IMG/VR virus record: IMGVR_UViG_3300047361_000007
Span: 1-31,136 of that record
Strand: one strand, 5' to 3'
Length of the DNA stretch: 31,136 nt
DNA from: a virus
Lineage: Duplodnaviria > Caudoviricetes
This document shows positions 6,979 through 15,866 of the stretch, in pieces. The position numbers and the translations under genes were made by a program. The notes below the pieces were generated by a model, which was not told where the DNA came from, did not search any database, and worked only from the letters and a program-made list of their open reading frames with translations. The stretch's first letter is position 1. Every line of letters begins with the position of its first letter.

Positions 6979-8084
6979 GACCGCTTCCACGTCAGAAATT
7001 CAGCGCCCTCTTCCAGATCAGCAAACGCCGTGATCCGCTTGATTGCGTTGCTCTCGCCGGGGTCAATGACAAACAAGATCGTTGACCCATGTTCGTCGCG
7101 GTGGAAATTGTGCCGGGTCGCGTACTCGTCAATCCATTTGTAACCGCGAGCGCGAGCTTGCCAAACAACGCGACCGTCATCCAGTTCTTCGTGCGTCAGC
7201 CCCCATGTGTGATGATGGCCGGCCACATAAATATCTGCATCCTCATCGAATAGCGCCGCACGTTTTTGTCCGTGCAGTCTGTTATAGATCGACGTGCCTT
7301 TATGATTATGAGCGGCGTCGATTTTGACCTCACCGCCGCCGGGGAAGCGCAATTTAAATTTTGCTCTCCAATCGATCATGGGTATCTGTGCCACGTTCTC
7401 CGATTTCAGGAACGTGGAGAACTCACCGTGCATAGTATCGTGGTTGCCGTGCAGCCAGACTACCCACGGCACACCAGCATCGCGCAGGAACCACCGCGCC
7501 AGTTTGCGCTCCGTTGGCTTGCTGATGTCATCATCGGCGTACAGATAGATCATCCGGCCCCAGTTGTCGGCAGTGTCTCCGATGTTGACCGCCATCATGC
7601 CTTCAGTATTTGCCATGATTTCAATATCCCGCCGCAACAGCGGGATGTTGCAATGCGTACCAAGATGCGGATCACCTGCAACGGCCAGACCGACCGGCCC
7701 ATCAATGCGGACGTTGACGTCAAACCAAGTCTTCGCATCTTCGTTTTCTAGTTTCTTCTCAAACCGACGAGATAGATGGTCAAGGATCGCACTTACATCG
7801 ATATCTTCGTCGGGGAAAACAGGCAGATCAAAAACCGGCTTGTCCTGCGGTTCACCCGCTGGTTTGTATTGCTCCCAATCGATCTTGCGATACATACGTT
7901 CAGCGGCTTGTCGTTTGGACGACCCGCTGCTGCGTGGAATATTCAGTTCATTGGTTGTTTCGGCCAGTGCGCCATTTAATCCCTGCACAGTTGTCCCCAT
8001 TGGCGGATAACCCTCGCGCAATTTCTGCTCAACCAATTCGACAAACTTTTTGGCGTCGGCTTTAGATATTCCGGGATTAGCCAT
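6969..8084 (-). CDS. Calcineurin-like metallophosphoesterase with N-terminal extension
   Basis: GDPHLG, GDTADN, GNHD, AHNH, GHHH metal-binding motifs. Confidence 0.88.
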   Translation of the reverse strand: MANPGISKADAKKFVELVEQKLREGYPPMGTTVQGLNGALAETTNELNIPRSSGSSKRQAAERMYRKIDWEQYKPAGEPQDKPVFDLPVFPDEDIDVSAILDHLSRRFEKKLENEDAKTWFDVNVRIDGPVGLAVAGDPHLGTHCNIPLLRRDIEIMANTEGMMAVNIGDTADNWGRMIYLYADDDISKPTERKLARWFLRDAGVPWVVWLHGNHDTMHGEFSTFLKSENVAQIPMIDWRAKFKLRFPGGGEVKIDAAHNHKGTSIYNRLHGQKRAALFDEDADIYVAGHHHTWGLTHEELDDGRVVWQARARGYKWIDEYATRHNFHRDEHGSTILFVIDPGESNAIKRITAFADLEEGAEFLTWKRSKK

Positions 8085-8526
8085 CTATACTCTCCAATCG
8101 CCTAGCGTGGCGTTCTGTGCGGTTTGTGGTCTGTCGGTACAAGTTACTATCGCGAAGCTGTGCAGCCGCCTCACGCCAGTTCCTAGCCTCTACAGCAGCA
8201 TGGTGTAACTTGAACTTTTGATATCTTGGCAACCCTAGCTGGAAGCACAAAGACGCGATAACAATCCGCGCTGGGTCCGGCAGGTCATCAAACTCAGGGT
8301 GTATCCACCTAGCATCCTTCAGCGCGATGCCGACATCCTGATTATAAAGCTGCGTCACCCGCGCCTCGCTTATCTCCGTACCAACCGGCCATCCGTATTC
8401 ACGGTCTGTTTCGATCAGCAGATGACCGATACCGCAGGTCGGATTGTCCATGTGATCTTCGTAAATTTCGTGGACGATACCCTCATCCTGCTCCAAAACG
8501 AGGCGCAAACTTTCTTCAAAAGTCAC
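8077..8526 (-). CDS. Endolysin, T4-like (GH24) lysozyme
   Basis: DEG...YED...PTCGIGH catalytic region, FQLG, DS...QTTNR; next to holin. Confidence 0.88.
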   Translation of the reverse strand: MTFEESLRLVLEQDEGIVHEIYEDHMDNPTCGIGHLLIETDREYGWPVGTEISEARVTQLYNQDVGIALKDARWIHPEFDDLPDPARIVIASLCFQLGLPRYQKFKLHHAAVEARNWREAAAQLRDSNLYRQTTNRTERHARRLESIDG

Positions 8527-8663
8527 CGCCCTTGGCCTCTATACTTTTTGTACGAGCGCCGTTTTTGTTTGTTAGACGGCTTGCTGTTCGGCCCGTCACC
8601 AATACTGGTCCGGTGTTTTATTCGCACGGGCTTCCAAACTGCCCCCGTTACCTTACTAGCCAT
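8523..8663 (-). CDS. 46-aa basic protein (MASKVTG...KRRSYKKYRGQGR), not in ORF track
   Basis: Fills the holin-endolysin gap exactly with TAATG and GTGA overlaps; translated by hand. Confidence 0.8.
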   Translation of the reverse strand: MASKVTGAVWKPVRIKHRTSIGDGPNSKPSNKQKRRSYKKYRGQGR

Positions 8664-9067
8664 TACTTGCTAACCTGTTTGAGTTTTTCGACGGTCCTTA
8701 ATCCCCCGAGACCCAAAAGTCCCATCAACACCGGCATCATCTCGCTCATATCCAATGTCGGCAATTCGACAAGATGTCCTGTCTGCGCGAGAACGAAAGA
8801 GGCAAGCGGGAATATAAGAAAATTAAGCGCCATCGCAGCGCCACACGTCCAGCCGATCATTGGACGCCAGCCCGATACAAACACAGAACGATGAGCAGCT
8901 TCAGTCTTGTTTATGTCTAGCTGTGCAAGGTCAATCTTTGCGAGGTGGGTGGTAAGCTGCGCTTCAATCTCACGTTCAGCCGCCGCACGTTTTTCTTTGT
9001 CTTCAGGAAGGAACCTTCCGGCTACCTCCATGACGGATGGTAGTACAGCCGATAACAACCCGATCAT
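8663..9067 (-). CDS. Holin of 3TM / gene-transfer-agent holin family
   Basis: INKTEAAHRSVFVSGWRPMIGW...LMGLLGLGGLRTVEK signature; hydrophobic segments; upstream of endolysin. Confidence 0.88.
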   Translation of the reverse strand: MIGLLSAVLPSVMEVAGRFLPEDKEKRAAAEREIEAQLTTHLAKIDLAQLDINKTEAAHRSVFVSGWRPMIGWTCGAAMALNFLIFPLASFVLAQTGHLVELPTLDMSEMMPVLMGLLGLGGLRTVEKLKQVSK

Positions 9068-9420
9068 TTTGCAACCCTTTCGTTTGGCACAACTGGATGT
9101 ACTCCGTTGTGCATTTTTCGGAGTGCGGCAGTCTCAACTTTCAGATACGAGATATCCGATTGCATCACAGCAGCGGCCATATGATCGCGTCTCAAAAGTT
9201 CCGGCGATGACATCTGAGCGAGGATATTCAAGCGTTGCTCCTGTTTTTCCGCGCTCGTATCCAGCGCATCAATGCGCCGATCCAAGCCGCGTAATCTTTT
9301 TTCTGTGTCCTGTAATTGCTCGATGACTGTCGCCAATTTTTGGCGGACGATGGCCGCAGCCGAAACTACGGATACCAACATCCCCGCCAGAGTCAGGATC
9401 ATCCGAGCGTCTAGCTCCAT
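9064..9420 (-). CDS. N-terminally membrane-anchored coiled-coil protein in lysis cassette
   Basis: One hydrophobic helix followed by heptad-like region; ATGA overlap with holin. Confidence 0.7.
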   Translation of the reverse strand: MELDARMILTLAGMLVSVVSAAAIVRQKLATVIEQLQDTEKRLRGLDRRIDALDTSAEKQEQRLNILAQMSSPELLRRDHMAAAVMQSDISYLKVETAALRKMHNGVHPVVPNERVAK

Positions 9421-9421
9421 T

Positions 9422-9496
9422 TTATTTTCGGAACGCTGCGAACAGCAAACCCGCCATCACCACGCCTAAAATTATAATCTCTCCGTAAGACATCAT
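9422..9496 (-). CDS. 24-aa membrane peptide (MMSYGEIIILGVVMAGLLFAAFRK), not in ORF track
   Basis: TGATG overlap upstream, stop 1 nt before next ATG; hydrophobic core with basic C-terminus. Confidence 0.6.
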   Translation of the reverse strand: MMSYGEIIILGVVMAGLLFAAFRK

Positions 9497-9669
9497 CACT
9501 GCTTGCGCCATTTTCTCATCCACTTCTGAAAAGTTTCAGTCTCGTAAATGCGTATCGTAGTCCACACCAGAGAGGCCAATGCAGCGACCGCTGGTAGCCA
9601 ATCAATTAATGTTCCGGCAACCACTACTATGCTGCTCGCATCAACAATTACTTTGGCTTGGTCGTTCAT
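9496..9669 (-). CDS. 57-aa small holin-like membrane protein (MNDQAK...WLPAVAALASLVWTTIRIYETETFQKWMRKWRKQ), not in ORF track
   Basis: TGATG overlaps at both ends; two hydrophobic segments and basic tail; head of lysis cassette. Confidence 0.75.
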   Translation of the reverse strand: MNDQAKVIVDASSIVVVAGTLIDWLPAVAALASLVWTTIRIYETETFQKWMRKWRKQ

Positions 9670-10244
9670 CACCCAAGCTCCGGCCAGTCGTACAGGACGC
9701 CAGACTTCGTTGTGCTACCGTCTTCCTCCAATGTGCGGGTTACAAACAGCGCAGCAACCGCATCCGTGTTTGCTGCACCATCGATAGCCGCCTCCATCTC
9801 TGTGGCCTTGGCCCTGATTGCATCACGCCATGTCACAATGTTCGCGGGGATTGCGGTAGCCTTCTCAGCCTTACGCGTGACAGCCCAATCTGTCTGTGCC
9901 AGCAGCGATCCCTGTTGAGATTTGACCTCTGCGATCAGGTTCGATTTGACGCCCGGCGTGACGACCTGTTCGCCATCTTCCGTAATCGGATCACCGTTCT
10001 CGTCTACCTCGTTGATGTCGTCCAGCGCCTTGGCTGTTGAGGTAACTGTACCGTCGTCATTGTAGCCCCAGTTGTACAACCGGCTATCAGGATGCGGCTG
10101 CTGTACGATCTCGGTGATACCAATTGCTGTTTTCTGTTCTGCCGAATAGGTGTACCAGCTACCGGGATGTGTCGTGCCATCTGCATCAGTAAACTGCCGA
10201 CCGGGGCGGATAGTTTTGCCATTGCATTTATAAATTGATGTCAT
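9669..10244 (-). CDS. Putative tail fibre assembly/chaperone protein
   Basis: Directly after tail fibre; LLAQTDW...IP...WRDAIR pattern typical of such chaperones; AAGGA SD. Confidence 0.65.
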   Translation of the reverse strand: MTSIYKCNGKTIRPGRQFTDADGTTHPGSWYTYSAEQKTAIGITEIVQQPHPDSRLYNWGYNDDGTVTSTAKALDDINEVDENGDPITEDGEQVVTPGVKSNLIAEVKSQQGSLLAQTDWAVTRKAEKATAIPANIVTWRDAIRAKATEMEAAIDGAANTDAVAALFVTRTLEEDGSTTKSGVLYDWPELG

Positions 10245-10254
10245 TTATTTATCC

Positions 10255-12312
10255 TTATCTTGCTGTCGCTGGTGCAACGCCGTCACCGCCGTATGGGTTT
10301 CCGAATGCCATGTAGATGTATGTTGAACCAGATGTATTAATATTGGACTGTGTGCCACGAACTTTGACTCCGTTGCTTAAAAAATCAATATCAATCGTGG
10401 AATAACTTGCTTCAGCACCGTTGGAATCTGCATCTAGCACCGCATCTGCGGGGTTAATTGGATCACGCTTGATATCAAACGTGTCCCAATTACCTGTTCC
10501 GCCAGCGGCACGTTTGATTATTATCCAAGCAGGTTTCATGCCGCTTGTGTAAATCATGGGACCATCTGCCGATCCATTGCCCGTGTAACTGCCGATGCTG
10601 CTATAGCCGGGGATTTCCGCAAAACAGTAAGCAATATAAGTATTGCTGCTACCATTTGAGCCATTAGCAGTGCCGACTGAAAACACGGTGCTGGTAGGTG
10701 CCGTGCTATTCCAGACGGCTGCATCTGTTCCTGCTGCTGCGGTTTGATTTAGATAAATAACTTTAGCGGCATCCCCAATGCCTTCGTGGTATACGACCCA
10801 TGACCGGCTGTCACTTCGTTCTTTAACGATTATCATTTTAGGCACTGCGCCCAAGCCATGCCCAACCGTAGCGTTTGATCCTGTGCCAGTGTAGGTGCTG
10901 ATACTAAACCCAGCCGTTGTGTTTGCTGATGTAGCAGTAGTATTTATAGAGCCGTCTTCGTTGCTGCTACCAGAGCCGTTCGCTAACCACTGCCATGCAA
11001 CAAAAGTGTCAGAACTACCGTTCATCCCTACTCTGGAACCAACCTGAAAACCATCCGATTCAAACGCTGTAAGTCCTGTGGTGATCGTTGCTTCCGCACC
11101 AGAATCGTTTGATTTAAGTTCTTTTTGAACGCCACGAACTGCATCATAAAGGGCGTGGTCATACCCAGCATTTCTTGCCTTAACCCAGACCCAATCAGGC
11201 TGGAATTTACTATTACCAGATTGGTCTACACTGCGGCTTGAACCCGTACCCGTATAAAGCGTAGTTTGAAAATACTTTGACCCATCACTAATCGATGGTG
11301 TGGCAAGGTTAGCGGTGGATATTACTTTTTCTGATCCTGTGGGACCGGTGTCTGAAAAAGCGGACTGACCAAAATTATAAGTACCCGCCGCTAATGTTGG
11401 ATTGAATATTCCCGAGGTGTCGGCGTTATACGAAACTCCAACGCCATCTTTCTCGTAATACCACTGACCAGAGGACGGTCGTATCGTAACTTTAGAATTG
11501 CCGGACGTAACCAAATTTCCGTCTGACAAAGTTCCTGTCGTTGCCGGATCAAGTGGGTTCAACACGCAGAAATTATTAGTCGGGCTATCAGACATTTGAT
11601 CTGCCGCTGCCAAGCCACTGCTGGCAAAATCATTCCCATTTCCTGACTCGTCGTCTCCAAGATCAGAGCTATCTCTGCCGTCTATAAAGAAGCCGTTGGT
11701 TCCATAGCTGCCATCGTATGCCTTGGGTATCCAAACGCCGTCGTCGTTGGTTTCTCCGAAGCTGCCCGGCCCCAAACTTGTCCCATCTACATGGTGGATT
11801 TCGGCGAGGTAGCCGTCAAAATATTGGCCCGCTCCGACAAGTTTACCAATCCGGTGTTCGCCAGTGTTGTTGAAAGCAGTGTCTAGGTTCAACGTCGGGT
11901 TTGTGTCCGTTCCAAACGAAGTGACCTCTGACCCATTAATATACAAACGAAGCCTGTCACCAGCAGTTGCATTGGTTGTATCAACTCGCAGACATACATG
12001 CATCCAAGCACCGGTATCTCGGAAAAGCTGACTTGTCACGATGCGATAGTTTGAGCCGCTGGTGTTAAAACCAAGTGTCTCCGCACTTAAAAACATGAGC
12101 CAGTCATCACCACCGGCTGAAAAGATAGGCTGGTTTGCGCCAGTAAGATTTGCTCTCTTTACCCAACAGCTAAACGTAAATGTGCGACGATTACCTGCAC
12201 TGCCGGGAGTGCGATTGAGCGAGGCGCTATCGTCGTCGTTGAAACGGATTGACTGATCAATCTGGTAGCCAGCACCGCCAGCCGCCTTGGATGTGCCTTG
12301 GATAATTGACAT
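10255..12312 (-). CDS. Tail fibre / receptor-binding protein with LamG (concanavalin A-like) domain
   Basis: FTFSCWVKR...WMHV...LRLYING...FDGYLAEI LamG pattern; repeated YTGTG/YTGNG...P.W/M..VK modules. Confidence 0.8.
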   Translation of the reverse strand: MSIIQGTSKAAGGAGYQIDQSIRFNDDDSASLNRTPGSAGNRRTFTFSCWVKRANLTGANQPIFSAGGDDWLMFLSAETLGFNTSGSNYRIVTSQLFRDTGAWMHVCLRVDTTNATAGDRLRLYINGSEVTSFGTDTNPTLNLDTAFNNTGEHRIGKLVGAGQYFDGYLAEIHHVDGTSLGPGSFGETNDDGVWIPKAYDGSYGTNGFFIDGRDSSDLGDDESGNGNDFASSGLAAADQMSDSPTNNFCVLNPLDPATTGTLSDGNLVTSGNSKVTIRPSSGQWYYEKDGVGVSYNADTSGIFNPTLAAGTYNFGQSAFSDTGPTGSEKVISTANLATPSISDGSKYFQTTLYTGTGSSRSVDQSGNSKFQPDWVWVKARNAGYDHALYDAVRGVQKELKSNDSGAEATITTGLTAFESDGFQVGSRVGMNGSSDTFVAWQWLANGSGSSNEDGSINTTATSANTTAGFSISTYTGTGSNATVGHGLGAVPKMIIVKERSDSRSWVVYHEGIGDAAKVIYLNQTAAAGTDAAVWNSTAPTSTVFSVGTANGSNGSSNTYIAYCFAEIPGYSSIGSYTGNGSADGPMIYTSGMKPAWIIIKRAAGGTGNWDTFDIKRDPINPADAVLDADSNGAEASYSTIDIDFLSNGVKVRGTQSNINTSGSTYIYMAFGNPYGGDGVAPATAR

Positions 12313-13505
12313 TACGCAAACACCGCACTGGTAACGACATAGGCGTTGGTGCCGTCGTCGTAGTAACTGAGCCAGTATGTGCCAGCGGTGCTGATCGTCG
12401 TCGCTAAATTAGCATCGCCCTTCGTGTTTGCGTGGAGGCTGATCGCATGACCGCCGCTGTTGATCAGCAGGATGTTGCCTGACTGTCCAGCAGTGTGGTT
12501 GGTGAACGTTAAAGCCGCGCCGCCGGACGGCGTTGCCTTCCAATTATTTGTTACATTGAGGTCAAAGCTAAGATCATTGTCAGTGGTGATCGTGCCTCTG
12601 TTGGCGGCTGTGAACGTCTGGTCAGCAGCTAGGGCCGCGATGCCCGCCGATGCCAGAGACGTTGCCCCTATGCCGCCGTTTGCCAATGGCAGAGTACCTG
12701 TAACACCAGCAGTCAAGCTGACCTGTCCCCATGACGGATCAGTTCCGTCCGTCAAAAGGACTGTATTTGCAGAGCCAATAGGAAGCCGTTCATTAGCAGA
12801 CGCGCCTCGCTTGAGCAGATCGCCGCGTGTGGTCAGTCCGATTGATGCCGCGCTGGCCGCTGCTTCGGTCGCACTGTCCGCAGAAGCCGTTGCACTGTTC
12901 GCTGAATCAGTTGCACTGCTTGCCGCAGCCGCCGCGCTACTAGCCGATGCCGTTGCGCTGCTTGCTGCGTTGGTGGCGTAAGTCTGGGCGTTGCTAATTT
13001 CGGTAGTCGTCGGGCCAACTTCAAAAGCTGTCGCGCCTGAATTAAAAGCAAGGACAGTGCTGCCAGTAATAGTGGTCGGCAACGTCGGGTCAAAACTGCC
13101 GGTGTAACCGTCAGGAAGCTGCGCTGTGCGACCTAGCGCCCGCTGCTGCTCCTGATCTACAGCCGTAAGCCGGTCAAGGGCTTCTTCGTGGCTTTCTGCC
13201 GGGAATGGATCGTTTTCGACGTAATCCGTTTCCTGCGTCTGCGTTGTTGCGCGATTGATAACCCACTTAACCGTGCTGGCTGGGGCAACTGCCGCAGTTA
13301 CCGTGCCGGTTGCACCGTTACCGCCGGAAACCGTGAAGTCAGAACCGTTTGATTTGACGGTTTCAGCGCCGGTTGCAATGACAACTTCAACAACCTGAAT
13401 TTCGGCACTAGTGCCGGTTCCGAAGAACACATAATTGACCGCAAACGCGGTCGTGCTGCCGTTTCCGGTGTAGGAAACCGTATTAGTGGTGCTGGAAATC
13501 GTCAT
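12312..13505 (-). CDS. Proximal tail fibre with T7 gp17-like N-terminal adaptor
   Basis: SYTGNGSTTAF...FPAESHEEALDRLT N-terminus, Ala/Ser-rich coiled-coil stalk. Confidence 0.82.
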   Translation of the reverse strand: MTISSTTNTVSYTGNGSTTAFAVNYVFFGTGTSAEIQVVEVVIATGAETVKSNGSDFTVSGGNGATGTVTAAVAPASTVKWVINRATTQTQETDYVENDPFPAESHEEALDRLTAVDQEQQRALGRTAQLPDGYTGSFDPTLPTTITGSTVLAFNSGATAFEVGPTTTEISNAQTYATNAASSATASASSAAAAASSATDSANSATASADSATEAAASAASIGLTTRGDLLKRGASANERLPIGSANTVLLTDGTDPSWGQVSLTAGVTGTLPLANGGIGATSLASAGIAALAADQTFTAANRGTITTDNDLSFDLNVTNNWKATPSGGAALTFTNHTAGQSGNILLINSGGHAISLHANTKGDANLATTISTAGTYWLSYYDDGTNAYVVTSAVFA

Positions 13506-15865
13506 TGTGCGGTTCCTTCGTTCACTGGCTCAGTATAGCCCGTATATGATCTGATGGCTTTATAATATTGACGCAGTTCTTCTTGTATCTCAGGCTCTGC
13601 CTGACCAATCGCCACCAACCTAGCAACGTGGGCGGATACGTCTTTGCTTATTTGACTGGCCGGTGTTGATAGCCATTTGATAAAAGTAGGGTTGGTCATA
13701 ACTTTGGCTGCGCCAGCGGGAGCAAGAACAGTCCCGCCTATTGCCATAGTAGCGCCTAACACATCCCCAGCAACCATTCCTGTTCCGGCAGAACTTAATG
13801 CTTGCCAGAATATCATTTGGTTTATTGCACCGGGACTGTTAGAAAAGGCCGTGTAGCGTTTTACCTCTTTAAGCGCCCCCACAACATCCACCAGTTTCAT
13901 CAAATCTTCAGAAACACCAGCAAACTGAGTGCCGCCAAAAAGCGCCTCGAATGCTTCAGGGCCATTTTTCTTAATTTCTGATAGTCGTGTCATAAATGTT
14001 GGGACACTAAACTCCGCAGCTTCTCCCACTTGCGCCCCGGCCCTTTCGCGACCAAGATTATAAAGGGCGGAACCAGCAACATCTCCCCATTCTTCTGGCG
14101 TAAAGTTTTCGCGTAACCGCTGAAGTGCTTTAACGCCCTCTTTCCCCATGCCCTTTGCGGAAGTTAAGAGATAATCAAATGCTTGATTGTCAGCATCATA
14201 ACTTCTGATTTTGTCAAAAGTTTTTTGCGCTGTATCCGCAAAAATAGCGCGTTCTGTGTCAATAGCCTTCAGCTTTGCACCTAATTTGGGATTAACACTA
14301 TTTGCGGCAATGGCAAGATCATCAGTAATTCCCTTATAAATATCATCCACCATGCGATCATAATCGCCTTGGGTGCCTGATATCTTTTTGCTTCTAATCA
14401 GCCGAAGTTGTGTTCTTAAATCTCTCAACTGCTGGAATGTCATATTGCCTGTTTCAGCAAATTTGCTTAACGCATCATATTTTTTAACTAACGCCAACAA
14501 CTGACCTGTAGGCTGTGCGTCTGCTGGAAGTTCTGCAAGTTGACGAAGAACTGGTTGCAATGCCGCATTTACAGAAGTCATTTCGGTGACAACTGTATCT
14601 GCGCCAATTTCGTCAAACACCTCATCATATTTTTTTGAAAAACCATCTCTAATGCGCTTTTCTGCGGCATCAACAGATTTTTTCAAAGCCGCACCGGCTT
14701 CATTGACAGTTCTAATTTGCCCCATTCTGGAAGAAATGTTTTGCAACGCGCTGTCTAACTGAACGACAACCCGTTCAGCTTGTTTTTGCAGAATCGGACC
14801 AGCAGTAGCCATTTGCTCAAATCCAGCGCCCATGCGCCCAAGCATACCCTTGCGACCAATTGCAGCGCTAACTGGCTCAATTCCAAGAGATTCAAACTTT
14901 TCAATTAAACGAGAGGCCGCGTTACGGACTGTGGGCGAAACTCCTGTCAAAGCACGTTTACCGGCTTCGGCAATCACCGGCCCAGCCGCTTGTCCTGTAG
15001 ACGCCAAACCAACGCGAACGCCGGTTTCTGTAAATTCTTCAATTAAAGGTTTCGGCGCTCTTTCACGACCGGCAAAAACGCCCATTGACACATCAAAAAG
15101 ACGTGCGCCAACTTCAGTTCCTATGCCAGCGCCAATAACAGCGCCTGTCGGTGCGGTTACTACTGCCCCCGGCCCAGTGAACACGCCCGAAACAAACCCA
15201 GCGGCGGCACCTAGACTACCGGTAACAATTTCAACACCTGTTTTTGTGTATTCTGATACATCTCTAAAATCTAAACCGGGCGCGTTGTACAGTGTAAATT
15301 TGCCAGAATCTGGATCAATAAAGATAAAATTATCTTCGCCGTATGGCACTGCATCAGGATAATAATTTCGAAGTGTTTTCAACCGTTCGTCATCAGAAAG
15401 TTCGCCCGATGGACCGACAACCATACTAACCGAAATTGGCGCACCGCTTTCGCTGTCAATGTTTTCCCGTTCCCAAGACTTGTCCGTCTGTGCCTTTTTG
15501 GCGGCGTATGCTGGGGTGCTTTCGTATTTAGCAATAATTTGATCAAGTTCTTCTTGAGTCACATCAGCCGGAAGTTTGAACCTTTGCCCTTCGTATTCAA
15601 ATATTTTCACTTGTGGCACTGCGGTTGGTGCAACAGGCTCTGGCTCTACAGGCGCGGGTTCTACGGCAGCAGGTTCTTCTGCAACAGCAGGTTCAATAGA
15701 TGCTGGCTCAACTGGCATCTCGGCAGACGCCATTTGCACCGGCTCTGCTTCTGCGGCTGGCAATGCCTCGGCTTGCTGCTGCGGAATTATAGCAGAAAGC
15801 GCACCAGCAACCTGATCCACATCAATCTGACCACCAAGAAGGTCTAAGGTTTGCGGCTCTGCCAT
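13502..15865 (-). CDS. Large internal virion (ejection) protein, 787 aa
   Basis: Position between tail tube genes and fibre; helical, with Gly/Ala-rich hydrophobic stretches. Confidence 0.65.
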   Translation of the reverse strand: MAEPQTLDLLGGQIDVDQVAGALSAIIPQQQAEALPAAEAEPVQMASAEMPVEPASIEPAVAEEPAAVEPAPVEPEPVAPTAVPQVKIFEYEGQRFKLPADVTQEELDQIIAKYESTPAYAAKKAQTDKSWERENIDSESGAPISVSMVVGPSGELSDDERLKTLRNYYPDAVPYGEDNFIFIDPDSGKFTLYNAPGLDFRDVSEYTKTGVEIVTGSLGAAAGFVSGVFTGPGAVVTAPTGAVIGAGIGTEVGARLFDVSMGVFAGRERAPKPLIEEFTETGVRVGLASTGQAAGPVIAEAGKRALTGVSPTVRNAASRLIEKFESLGIEPVSAAIGRKGMLGRMGAGFEQMATAGPILQKQAERVVVQLDSALQNISSRMGQIRTVNEAGAALKKSVDAAEKRIRDGFSKKYDEVFDEIGADTVVTEMTSVNAALQPVLRQLAELPADAQPTGQLLALVKKYDALSKFAETGNMTFQQLRDLRTQLRLIRSKKISGTQGDYDRMVDDIYKGITDDLAIAANSVNPKLGAKLKAIDTERAIFADTAQKTFDKIRSYDADNQAFDYLLTSAKGMGKEGVKALQRLRENFTPEEWGDVAGSALYNLGRERAGAQVGEAAEFSVPTFMTRLSEIKKNGPEAFEALFGGTQFAGVSEDLMKLVDVVGALKEVKRYTAFSNSPGAINQMIFWQALSSAGTGMVAGDVLGATMAIGGTVLAPAGAAKVMTNPTFIKWLSTPASQISKDVSAHVARLVAIGQAEPEIQEELRQYYKAIRSYTGYTEPVNEGTAQ

Positions 15866-15866
15866 G

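Noticed and set aside
10255-12312. Diversity-generating retroelement acting on the tail fibre, as in BPP-1
   Set aside because: No reverse transcriptase and no template/variable repeat pair seen in the window
12850-12980. Repetitive GCA/GCT-rich DNA as a tandem repeat element
   Set aside because: Explained by the Ala/Ser-rich coiled-coil stalk of the tail fibre
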